From assembly GCA_033764315.1 (NCBI GenBank), contig JANRJA010000066.1, forward strand, positions 1-45,347: a DNA stretch of 45,347 nucleotides, written 5' to 3'. Shown piece after piece: positions 1-8,748 of this stretch. The position numbers and the translations under genes were made by a program. This stretch comes from Oculatellaceae cyanobacterium bins.114. Its GTDB lineage: Bacteria; Cyanobacteriota; Cyanobacteriia; Elainellales; Elainellaceae. The first letter of the stretch is position 1. The number at the start of each line of letters is the position of its first letter. Under the pieces are notes generated by a model. The model saw only the letters and a list, made by a program, of their open reading frames with translations, searched no databases and had not been told where the DNA came from.

Positions 1-77
1 CGCTTCACACTCTCTGGGGTTTTGTCCCAGTCCGTTTGGCTGATCTCACTGATGGAGTTGGGCGAGTTCTCTTCCAT
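1..77 (-). CDS. IS66-family transposase, N-terminal fragment (partial)
   Basis: ATG at 77 on the minus strand reads MEENSPNSISEISQTDWDKTPESVK and is open to the window edge. The DWxxTPxSVK motif resembles N-termini of cyanobacterial IS66 transposases. Confidence 0.65.
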   Translation of the reverse strand, partial: MEENSPNSISEISQTDWDKTPESVK

Positions 78-141
78 CCTGTTAGCCTAACAGCACCTTG
101 CCATTTTCTCAATTCCTTGCTTCAACCCCTTGAACGATTAC
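1..141 (-). mobile_element. Left end of an IS66-family insertion sequence (continues off the window start)
   Basis: The minus strand begins GTAATCGTTCA at 141, matching the GTAA-n-CGTTCA terminus typical of IS66/ISBst12-group elements, and a transposase-like N-terminus follows. The downstream Mrr-like reading frame is cut exactly at this boundary. Confidence 0.75.
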
Positions 142-142
142 T

Positions 143-727
143 CCGGATGTTACTTATCAAGAACTTTGGAATTGGATAGATACAAATCTTCCTGAATCAG
201 AACAAGATACCAAGTATTCCCAAATTGTCGCTGCTATCACTAACTTGTCTAAGCAGCTTGCTCGTCTCATTGCAAATGATCCAAAAGGGTTAGCAGACTT
301 GGAATGGCGAGATATGGAAAGAATGCTAGCAGCAGTATTCCAAGGTTTAGGTTTTGATGTAACGCTTACTCCTTCAAGTAAGGATGGCGGGAAAGACTTA
401 ATTTTAGAGTGCATTGTTAGAGATGCTAAATGTAGCTATCTTGTAGAAGTCAAACATTGGCGTTCGGGTCAACGTGTTGGCAAGAGATATATTAGTGATT
501 TTGTTAATGTTGTTGCGCGTGAGAATCGAGATGGAGGATTGTACTTGGCAACTTACGGATATAGTGGTGATGCTTTTGAAGCTTTAACAGAAGTTGATCG
601 GCAGTCCATAAAACTTGGTATTGATAGAAAGATAATTTCTCTCTGCCGTACATATATTAAGGCTGAATCTGGAATCTGGTTAGCACCATCAATGCTCTCC
701 GATCTACTATTTGAAGATGTACTATAA
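143..727 (+). pseudogene. Mrr-like (Mrr_cat, PD-(D/E)xK) restriction endonuclease, 5'-truncated by IS66
   Basis: Motifs LEWRDMERMLAAVFQGLGF, KDGGKD and VEVKHW. The frame is open from 143 (PDVTYQELWNWIDTNLPESEQ...) with no ATG before residues matching the domain; the listed start at 245 is an internal TTG. Confidence 0.75.
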
Positions 728-735
728 AAGCTGCC

Positions 736-822
736 GCCCAACAATTCGGGTGCCGCGGATTGACCGAAGCCGCTTGGGTTGGATGTAAAAGTGCTGGCAA
801 CTGCTGACCGAAACTGTTAGTT
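736..822 (+). repeat. attC-like recombination site 1
   Basis: GCCCAAC (RYYYAAC, 736-742) lies 9 nt after the Mrr stop and GTTAGTT (816-822) closes the site. The arms are imperfectly complementary (AACA-ATTCGG vs CCGAA-ACTGTT); length 87 bp. Confidence 0.7.
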
Positions 823-905
823 GGCTTTGGTTGTTGGTTTGGGCATACTTGATAGGGTCTCTGTCAGAGTTCAGAATCTAAAGCAACCAGCATCCCTAGA
901 GAAAT

Positions 906-1655
906 ATGCAGCAATCAGAATCAAAAATTGCGCTGCTGATCGATGCAGATAACGCCCCTGCATCCAAAATTGAGGCGATCGTGTCTGAAATAGCAAAGTA
1001 TGGAGTTGCTAATATTCGTAAGGCTTACGGAAACTGGAAAAGTCCTGCGCTCAAAGCCTGGGAAGAGTGTTTACACGAATATGCGATTCGTCCCGTCCAG
1101 CAGTTTGACTACACGAAGGGCAAAAATGCTACTGATGCTGCAATGATCATTGACGCGATGGATTTACTATATACACAGCAGTTGGATGCCTTTGCAATCG
1201 TATCGAGTGATTGTGACTTTACTCCTTTAGTGATGCGGATTTTGACAAATGGCTTGAAAGTCTATGGATTTGGCGAGAAAAAAACACCTTTGCCCTTCGT
1301 TTATGCGTGTTCAACATTTTTGTATTTAGAAACTATCGATCAAGCAGTAAATTCTGAGGAGACTTCCAAGGTTTCTGCAAGTGTTAAGAAAACTGGTAAA
1401 GAGTTAAAGCAAGACACCAAACTAATCAGTTTATTAAGAGGTGCTGTCTCCAGTACTCTAGATGATGATGGCTGGGCGAATCTAGCAGAGATTGGTGGGC
1501 ACATAGCAAACCAGGCATCTTTTGACCCACGTAACTACGGATATGCAAAGTTGAGTGGTTTGTTCGAGGCTATTGACCTATTTGAGATTCAGCGAAAAAA
1601 TAAGGCAGTTTACGTGAGGAGCAAGCAAAAAAATGGTACTGCTCCAAAAGTTTAG
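906..1655 (+). CDS. NYN (LabA/DUF88) domain protein with C-terminal OST-HTH/LOTUS domain
   Basis: IALLIDADN, GKNATDAAMIIDAMD and SSDCDFTPL acidic NYN motifs are intact; the C-terminus has DDGWANLAEIG...FDPRNYGYAKLSGLF. Confidence 0.9.
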   Translation: MQQSESKIALLIDADNAPASKIEAIVSEIAKYGVANIRKAYGNWKSPALKAWEECLHEYAIRPVQQFDYTKGKNATDAAMIIDAMDLLYTQQLDAFAIVSSDCDFTPLVMRILTNGLKVYGFGEKKTPLPFVYACSTFLYLETIDQAVNSEETSKVSASVKKTGKELKQDTKLISLLRGAVSSTLDDDGWANLAEIGGHIANQASFDPRNYGYAKLSGLFEAIDLFEIQRKNKAVYVRSKQKNGTAPKV

Positions 1656-1749
1656 CAAGACTCTTCATCGCTTAAGAATAAAGTCTTGAGCCTAATCGGC
1701 TTACTATCGAGTAAGCTATGGATGTGAATTCTTACAAAGAAGCACAGAT

Positions 1750-1965
1750 ATGACATTAGCTGAAGTACTACCAGCAGCACGACGGCTCTCTGCACCGGAA
1801 AAACTCAGACTAATCCGGATTCTGGCTGAAGACTTGGCTCTGCTTGAGGATATTTCACCTTTAGAACCCTTCAAAACCTATGATTTGCCAACTCCATACG
1901 ATAGTTTTGGGGCTGGGACAGTTTTGATGGAAGCCCTTGAGCAGTCAAAGCTAAACCAATCTTGA
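1750..1965 (+). CDS. Small conserved hypothetical protein (71 aa), partner of the downstream retropepsin-like gene
   Basis: ATG start; LSAPEKLRLIRILAEDL...PTPYDSFGAG resembles a cyanobacterial small-protein family that I recall preceding retropepsin-like genes. Confidence 0.7.
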   Translation: MTLAEVLPAARRLSAPEKLRLIRILAEDLALLEDISPLEPFKTYDLPTPYDSFGAGTVLMEALEQSKLNQS

Positions 1966-1968
1966 TGG

Positions 1969-2150
1969 ATGCGATTCAAGTATTCAACCAGCAGCCCAAT
2001 TCAGAACGAGTTTGACAATTTACCGAGGTTGCCAGTGTCCTTGTGCCGAGAAGAACGAAGGATTGAAGCGACTGGTTTAGTGGATAGTAGAGCTACAGTT
2101 AACATTAAGTTCTAAGTTGGAGTTTGAGATAAGCCTGACGTGTATCTATC
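1969..2150 (+). pseudogene. Retropepsin-like aspartyl protease remnant (internal deletion and frameshift)
   Basis: 1969-2115 reads MRFKYSTSSPIQNEFDNLPRLPVSLCREERRIEATGLVDSRATVNIKF*, where the LVDSGAT catalytic motif has become LVDSRAT. A C-terminal-like SKLEFEI follows immediately in a shifted frame. Confidence 0.6.
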
Positions 2151-2237
2151 TAACAAGCCTATGAAGCGGACAGTTGAGGGATCTTGGTGAGGATGTAAAG
2201 GTTACTAGCCAGCCACTGCTTATCTTTGTCGTTAGCT
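2148..2237 (+). repeat. attC-like recombination site 2
   Basis: ATCTAAC (2148-2154) and GTTAGCT (2231-2237) bound a 90-bp site. It shares internal sequence with site 1 (GCGGA; CTTGG..GGATGTAAA.GT; CTGCT). Confidence 0.7.
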
Positions 2238-2408
2238 AGCTTTGCCTTTAGGTAAAACGGTATTGTGCAGTTATTTTTTGAACTTCCAAGATCAGGATGG
2301 CATGGAGTTCTGAGAAATTTAATAGTTAGCCTAAAGAAAAACAATGGCAGAACCGGGTGGTCTTCGGCACACAATTGATGAAGACCAGAGAAGCGGAAAG
2401 GTTTGTCT

Positions 2409-5258
2409 ATGTTTGCACAACTAGCAGAGCGGCGAATGCACTGGGTTCGCTGGGTATTAACGGTTGGTTGGCTTTTGATCATTGCCTCCCTGTTTTATGA
2501 CCCCTGGACATCGGCACTTACCACATCCGAGCATCCCTGGAGTCCCTTGCGGCTTCCAGATACCTGCGTCCAGGTGCAGGGAGAATGCTTATCTGAGCAA
2601 CCCTATCCGTTAGGAACAACTCTCTTTTGGGGAGCCATTGTGCCATCTGCTATCTTTATTTTGCTGGTGTTTGGGCATGAGTTATGGCGGCGGATTTGTC
2701 CGCTCTCGTTTTTGTCTCAAATTCCTCGTGCGTTGGGATGGCAACGACAATTCAAACGAGAGAACCAAAAGACTGGCAAAGTGCGCTATGAGTTGGCAAA
2801 GGTTGACCCCAATTCATGGTTGGGTCGAAACTATCCCTATGTGCAATTTGGTTGGCTGTTTGCCGGATTGTGTGGTCGAATCTTGTTTTTCAATGCCGAT
2901 CGCCTGGTGTTAGCAGGTTGGCTATTATTCACAGTGGTGGCAGCGATCGCCGTTGGCTATTGGTATGGTGGCAAGTCCTGGTGTCAGTATTTTTGCCCGA
3001 TGGCTCCGGTGCAGAGCATCTACAGTGAACCGGGGGGCTTGTTGAGCAGCAAAGCCCATACGAGTGAGCAACCGATTACGCAGTCCATGTGTCGTACAGT
3101 ATTGCCGGATGGTAAAGAACAGAGTGCTTGCGTCGCCTGCCAAAATCCCTGCATTGACATTGACGCTGAGCGCACCTATTGGAACAGCCTAAACAAACCT
3201 GAAACCTCATTTCTGCGCTATGGCTATGTGGGTTTGGTGATTGGCTATTTCGGCTATTACTATCTCTATGCAGGCAACTGGAACTATTACTTCTCTGGAG
3301 CATGGCTACGGCAAACCGATCAACTCGCTTCGCTATATGACCCCGGACTTTATCTGTTTGGGCAGGCAATCAACATTCCCAAATTGGTGGCGGTGCCACT
3401 GGTGCTGGGGGGATGTACGGCGATCGGGTATTGGGGAGGACGGTGGATTGAAAAACGTGCCAAAGCTTATAATTGGCGGAAACAAGAAAATCTGACGATC
3501 GAGACTATTCGTCATCGCATTTTTACCCTGTGTACCTTTGGTATTTTCAATTTCTTCTTTATCTTTGGGGGACGTCCCCTCGTACAACTTCTCCCCTGGT
3601 CGGTGCAATACCTCTACGACCTGGGTTTAGTGGCACTGAGTACCCTCTGGCTCTATAAAACCTGGCGACGCAGTCCTGATCTCTATTCTCGTGAAAATCT
3701 GGCGAACCGATTCCGTAAACAGTTAGAGAGGTTGCAGTTGAATGTTTCCCAGTTTTTAGAAGGGCGATCGCTGAGTGATCTCAACACCCATGAAGTGTAT
3801 GTATTAGCCAAAGTGCTGCCAGGGTTTACTCGCGAGAAACGACATCAGGCGTATAAGGGAGTAGTACGAGAAGCTCTGGAAGAAGGCTATGTAAACTACT
3901 CCAGCAGTTTAGAGATTTTGCAACAAATGCGTCAGGAGTTAGGCATTACCGATGACGAACACCGGATTGTGTTGGAGGAATTGGGCATTGAAGATCCACA
4001 GTTGCTCAATCCGGAGCGTAAACGTAGCTTAGAAAATCAGATTCGCTTGAGTGGTTACCGCAAATCTCTGGAGCGGTTAATGCTGCTGCAACAAAAACAG
4101 ATCGATCGCACGGCATTTGAACCCGTATATTTGCAAGATTCAGCCGCTGTGTGTTCTCTACGTCGTCAATATTCCATCACTCCGCAGGAAGAAGAATGGA
4201 TTTTGAGCGGATTTTCAACCAGTGCCAGTAGTGTCAAGAAGGCAGAGTTTCTGCTCGCACAATTACCCGATTTGATCGACGGTTACCGCGCGCTGAATCA
4301 ACCTATGTTGTACAAGCATCAGGCGGTATTGACCCTGCTGCAAGAAAACATTCGTCACAAAAAAGAACTGATTGTGCGATCGCTTCTGGAAACCCTGGAA
4401 CTTCTCCAGTCTGACCCAGTAGCCCTGACCCTGGCACAGTCGTTACAACGGGCTTCACCATCTGTTTTAGGAGAGCTTTTAGATCAGGAGAATTGGGGCG
4501 ACCCTAGCGGCAACGGTGAAGCCGATCGCTTACCGTCCGTGATTTTGCACTGTTTGACCCAACCGGGAGAAACGCCTGTTTCCTGTTCCCTGGAATTTTC
4601 CTCGGAAGCAATTCTGGCTCATCTGGAGGCTTTGCTGCAAGAGCAAAATCCCATCATTCAAGCCGCCGCCCTCTATGTCATGGTTCAATTGGACGCAGAA
4701 CGCAGTCGGGCGATCGCTCGTAATCGTCGTCATGAGTTCAATTCCCCTCTGGTTCAGGAAACGATCGATCGGCTCTTGTCGTTGCCCTTGACATCAACCG
4801 CAACCTTATCCCTGACCGAATTCCCCATGCTGGAGAAGCTGGTTTATTTGTTTAATAGCGACTTCTTCCAACGGATGCAGAGTGAAACGCTCATTGCCCT
4901 TGCGGATCGGGCAGAGGTGAGAGCTTACAAGCGAGGAGACGTGATCACAGAAGCCGGAGATACGTGTCGAGAGTTGTTGCTGTTGATCGAAGGGGATGCC
5001 AATATTCACTATCAAACTGAATCTGGAGTACAAGTGGAACAGCTTCATCCCGGACAAACGCTTGATGAGCTAGAGGTTTTAGCTCATAGCACCTCAGAAA
5101 ATACGATCGTTGCGGATAGTGAAAGCACCCGCATTCTAGCGATTTCGGTCGATACTTTTGATGATTTACTCGACCATGATCCTGATTTTGCTCGACGAGT
5201 GTTGGAATTAGAAAGTCGCCAACTCCAGCGATTTGTACGATCGGTTCAACCCCTTTAA
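2409..5258 (+). CDS. Membrane 4Fe-4S-binding (NosR/NapH-like) protein with C-terminal cyclic-nucleotide-binding domain
   Basis: Multiple TM segments; WRRICP, WCQYFCP and CVACQNPCIDID Cys motifs; C-terminal YKRGDVITEAGD...LLIEG...LHPGQTLDELEVL cNMP fold. Start moved to the ATG at 2409. Confidence 0.8.
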   Translation: MFAQLAERRMHWVRWVLTVGWLLIIASLFYDPWTSALTTSEHPWSPLRLPDTCVQVQGECLSEQPYPLGTTLFWGAIVPSAIFILLVFGHELWRRICPLSFLSQIPRALGWQRQFKRENQKTGKVRYELAKVDPNSWLGRNYPYVQFGWLFAGLCGRILFFNADRLVLAGWLLFTVVAAIAVGYWYGGKSWCQYFCPMAPVQSIYSEPGGLLSSKAHTSEQPITQSMCRTVLPDGKEQSACVACQNPCIDIDAERTYWNSLNKPETSFLRYGYVGLVIGYFGYYYLYAGNWNYYFSGAWLRQTDQLASLYDPGLYLFGQAINIPKLVAVPLVLGGCTAIGYWGGRWIEKRAKAYNWRKQENLTIETIRHRIFTLCTFGIFNFFFIFGGRPLVQLLPWSVQYLYDLGLVALSTLWLYKTWRRSPDLYSRENLANRFRKQLERLQLNVSQFLEGRSLSDLNTHEVYVLAKVLPGFTREKRHQAYKGVVREALEEGYVNYSSSLEILQQMRQELGITDDEHRIVLEELGIEDPQLLNPERKRSLENQIRLSGYRKSLERLMLLQQKQIDRTAFEPVYLQDSAAVCSLRRQYSITPQEEEWILSGFSTSASSVKKAEFLLAQLPDLIDGYRALNQPMLYKHQAVLTLLQENIRHKKELIVRSLLETLELLQSDPVALTLAQSLQRASPSVLGELLDQENWGDPSGNGEADRLPSVILHCLTQPGETPVSCSLEFSSEAILAHLEALLQEQNPIIQAAALYVMVQLDAERSRAIARNRRHEFNSPLVQETIDRLLSLPLTSTATLSLTEFPMLEKLVYLFNSDFFQRMQSETLIALADRAEVRAYKRGDVITEAGDTCRELLLLIEGDANIHYQTESGVQVEQLHPGQTLDELEVLAHSTSENTIVADSESTRILAISVDTFDDLLDHDPDFARRVLELESRQLQRFVRSVQPL

Positions 5259-5341
5259 GGATAAAAAGTTTCGCTTCAGCGATCCGATCGCGCCAAAATC
5301 GAAGCTTTTCAAACCCTCCGATCTCTGCGATGCACCATACT

Positions 5342-6817
5342 CTACTTGTAGTGGCGAATCAGGTCATAAATCTCCATATATTCCTTGCCGGGATAGTTCC
5401 AGGAATAGTCGTAATTCATCCCTTGAACGATCAGTTTTTGAAACTCTTCTGGCTCGTTATACCAAAGTGCGATCGCCCGATCCATTGCTGATTCGATCGC
5501 GGCATAATCGGTGTCATAAAATACATAGCCGTTGCGTTGTTCGGGTAATCGATTTTGATCATAATCACGGTCAAATACGGTGTTGACCAAACCGCCTACA
5601 CCCCGAACAATGGGCACGGTGCCATACTTCAGCCCGATCATTTGGGTCAGACCACAAGGTTCATAATTACTGGGCACGACAATCATGTCAGCCCCTGCAT
5701 AAATTAGGTGCGATAACTCTTCATTAAACCCTAGCTCTAAATGCACATCAGGGTTGTCATTCAAGAAGCGTTTTTCATGTTGAAAATGGGTATTAATTCC
5801 GGCTTCGGTGGCAGACCCTAACAACACAAATTGAGCGTTTTGTTTGAGGGAGTGATAGATGGCATGGTGAACTAAATGTACCCCTTTTTGCTCATCTAAT
5901 CGACCGATAAAACAAATGATGGGCTTATCAACATCTTGTAACAAGAGGCGATCGCGCAATGCCTTTTTATTCTTCGCTTTGCCCGCCAAATCATCTTTAG
6001 TAAATTTGTGGGGAATGTAGCGATCGACTTCGGGGTTCCAAATGTCGTAATCGATGCCATTTAGTACACCCCGAAACTTATTTTCATGGGTGTGCAAGGT
6101 GTGACCCAAACCATAGCCGATATCGGTGTATTGGGCTTCCCATGCGTGATGCGGCGAAACAGTCGTGACGTAATTAGAATAAACAATTCCCCCTTTCATA
6201 TAGTTCAACGCAAAGGGATTAAAGTTATCTCGCAAACGACTGTAATCAAAGAAATAAGATTCCTTGTTTAACCCTGTTGCCCACAATGTTTGTGATCCAC
6301 CAATGCCTTGATGTTTAAAGTTGTGAATGGTATAGCAAACTCGTTGTAGCCCCATGTCATATTTGTAGTTTTCAAATAACATGACAGGTACTAATCCGGT
6401 TTGCCAATCATGACAATGAATGACATCAGGACGCTTGTTACTCTTTTGCAAAAATTCTAATGCTGCTTTGCTAAAGAAAGCAAAGCGCATATTGTCATCC
6501 TCGCAGCCGTAATAACAGCCCCGATTAAAGTAATTGTCTGGAGAATGGGGTTCGATAAAGAAGCACAATCGCCCATGCACCCGACCGCAGTAAACCGAAC
6601 AATGGATTGCCCCACCATACCAGGGCACCCACAACTCGCGATAGGCGTCGTGTAACCCCCAAATGTGGTCATATCGCATGCAGTCATACTTCGGCAGAAT
6701 GATTTCGACGGTATTCCCACGCGTTTCTAGTTCGCGGCTCAGCCCGTAAACGACATCCCCTAAACCACCAGCTTTAATAACAGGAGCGCATTCGGAGGCA
6801 ATTTGTACGATGTACAT
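5342..6817 (-). CDS. glgA: Glycogen synthase
   Basis: ASECAPVIKAGGLGDV, HCHDWQTG and PSNYEPCGLTQM motifs; start at the ATG of MYIVQ (6817). Confidence 0.96.
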   Translation of the reverse strand: MYIVQIASECAPVIKAGGLGDVVYGLSRELETRGNTVEIILPKYDCMRYDHIWGLHDAYRELWVPWYGGAIHCSVYCGRVHGRLCFFIEPHSPDNYFNRGCYYGCEDDNMRFAFFSKAALEFLQKSNKRPDVIHCHDWQTGLVPVMLFENYKYDMGLQRVCYTIHNFKHQGIGGSQTLWATGLNKESYFFDYSRLRDNFNPFALNYMKGGIVYSNYVTTVSPHHAWEAQYTDIGYGLGHTLHTHENKFRGVLNGIDYDIWNPEVDRYIPHKFTKDDLAGKAKNKKALRDRLLLQDVDKPIICFIGRLDEQKGVHLVHHAIYHSLKQNAQFVLLGSATEAGINTHFQHEKRFLNDNPDVHLELGFNEELSHLIYAGADMIVVPSNYEPCGLTQMIGLKYGTVPIVRGVGGLVNTVFDRDYDQNRLPEQRNGYVFYDTDYAAIESAMDRAIALWYNEPEEFQKLIVQGMNYDYSWNYPGKEYMEIYDLIRHYK

Positions 6818-7253
6818 TTTTATTCCCCAATGAATCAAAAATGGATTTTCTTAACTTCACAAAAGTATATAGTTTTTGGTGCTGCATGCAACCCATCTAT
6901 GGAGGAAAAGGTAAAGGGTGAATGAGTGATGGGGAGATGGGTGAGGTTTTCAACTCAACATTGATAGCCACGGCAGTTCTGATGATGAGAATTTACTCCA
7001 TGTGCGACTTTCCCCAGATCCCCGGTTGCTGTGACGCAAATCAGACTACTTTGAAGATGCTGAACGAGCAACCAGAGATCTAAACCTCTAAGGTGTACAT
7101 CGCGTAGAATTTGCTTTTATCCTCAAAATGGCGATCGCAACAAGCTTCTTCAGAGCTAATAAACCTATTTTCACAACGAGAATGGCTGTCATACCGCAGG
7201 TTTATCGCCTCATGACGATTAACCCTAACTCATCACACACTTGTTACTATGAT

Positions 7254-7348
7254 CTATAGCAGTCCTAAATCATTTGTGAGATTAGCAGGTTGTGAGAGAC
7301 GCACCCCTCCGGGGTGCGTCTCTCACAACCCGTTTGGGATTGCTATAG
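7254..7348. mobile_element. 95-bp MITE-like element with terminal inverted repeats and an internal perfect hairpin
   Basis: Left end CTATAGCAGTCCTAAAT matches the reverse complement of the right end, CTATAGCAATCCCAAAC. Internal 20-bp perfect stem 7288-7307/7311-7330 with a TCC loop. Confidence 0.65.
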
Positions 7349-7357
7349 TTATCGTGA

Positions 7358-8308
7358 ATGGGTAATGCATTGACTGAATCGATTGATATTCAGGTAGATG
7401 GGGTGGGTGAGCGGATCGATCGCTTTTTGGCAGATCAACTGCCTGAGTTGTCGCGATCGCGCTTACAAAAGCTGATTGAGCAGGGGCAGGTATGGGTCAA
7501 TGGGGAAGTGCACACCTCAAAAAAGGCAACGGTGCAACCCGGCGATCGCATTCACATTGAGATTCCAGCAGCAGTGCCTCTAGATTTGCAAGCCGAATCT
7601 ATTCCCCTTGATATTTTGTATGAAGATGATTCATTGATTATTCTCAACAAGCCAGCGGGGTTAGTGGTTCACCCTGCCCCTGGACATGCTGAGGGAACGT
7701 TAGTGAACGCATTGTTGACCCATTGTCCTAGTTTGGCGGGCATTGGTGGTGTGCAGCGACCTGGCATTGTGCATCGGTTAGATAAAGATACGACTGGGGC
7801 GATCGCGATTGCTAAAACCGATCAGTCTCATCACAATTTGCAGGCGCAGTTTAAAGCTAAAACGGCTCGACGTGACTACTTAGCTGTGGTCTATGGTGCT
7901 CCTAGCACAGAGCGTGGCACGATTGATTTGCCAATTGGACGACACTCCGCTGATCGCAAAAAGATGGCGATCGTTGATGAAGAAAGAGGAGGTAGACGAG
8001 CCGTAACCCACTGGCATGTCAAGGAGCGATTGGGCAATTACACACTGATGCAATTTCAGCTAGAGACCGGACGAACTCACCAAATTCGGGTGCATTCGGC
8101 TCAAATCGGGCATCCGGTGGTGGGTGATCCGGTGTATGGAGCGGGGCGATCGGTCGGGGTTAATCTGCCGGGGCAAGCCCTCCATGCCTGGAAGTTGACT
8201 TTGCAACATCCCATTAGTGGCGAGTGGATCGAGGCGATCGCCCCTTTACCAGAGGTGTTTACCAAGTTGCTGTATGTTCTACGGCAGAGATTGTTGTCAC
8301 AAACGTAA
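7358..8308 (+). CDS. rluD: RluA-family (RluD-like) rRNA pseudouridine synthase with S4 domain
   Basis: S4 N-terminus; NKPAGLVVHP, GIVHRLDKDTTG and LETGRTHQIRVH motifs. Confidence 0.92.
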   Translation: MGNALTESIDIQVDGVGERIDRFLADQLPELSRSRLQKLIEQGQVWVNGEVHTSKKATVQPGDRIHIEIPAAVPLDLQAESIPLDILYEDDSLIILNKPAGLVVHPAPGHAEGTLVNALLTHCPSLAGIGGVQRPGIVHRLDKDTTGAIAIAKTDQSHHNLQAQFKAKTARRDYLAVVYGAPSTERGTIDLPIGRHSADRKKMAIVDEERGGRRAVTHWHVKERLGNYTLMQFQLETGRTHQIRVHSAQIGHPVVGDPVYGAGRSVGVNLPGQALHAWKLTLQHPISGEWIEAIAPLPEVFTKLLYVLRQRLLSQT

Positions 8309-8337
8309 TAGCAAAGGGGAATGGGTAAGGATTTATT

Positions 8338-8610
8338 TTGAAAACTGTTTTGATTTGCCAAAGCAAAGCCTGCCGTAAAGGTGGTTCTGAAAGGGTTTTA
8401 GCTGCATTTCAAGCTATTGCAGTGTCGGATGTTGAGGTAGTTGCCAGTTCTTGTTTGGGTCAATGTGGTAACGGTCCGATGGTGTTGATTCTGCCGGATG
8501 AAGTTTGGTATAGCCGAGTGTCTCCAGAAGAAGTGCCTGCGGTGGGCGATCGCCACTTACAGCAAGGGATTCCAGTGCGAGCAATGCTATATCACAAATT
8601 TCATCGTTGA
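8338..8610 (+). CDS. Thioredoxin-like [2Fe-2S] ferredoxin
   Basis: CQSKAC...CLGQCGNGPMV motif; TTG start. Confidence 0.85.
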   Translation: MKTVLICQSKACRKGGSERVLAAFQAIAVSDVEVVASSCLGQCGNGPMVLILPDEVWYSRVSPEEVPAVGDRHLQQGIPVRAMLYHKFHR

Positions 8611-8748
8611 GGGGCGATCGCCAGAGCTATCATATTGACCAGTTGAGCCAAATTATAACAACCGCTAAAAGACTGTCCTCGTTTTGCCCTAAACCGGAAT
8701 CAGAGCGAGTAAGGTTGTGGAATATTTCTATGGTTTCACCTGGCTCTC

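Noticed and set aside
2159..2482. 107-aa minus-strand ORF
   Set aside because: It overlaps attC site 2 and the start of the 950-aa gene and has no recognisable motif; likely spurious.
6950..7250. Short 33-34 codon ORFs between glgA and the MITE
   Set aside because: No RBS or recognisable motif; indistinguishable from chance.
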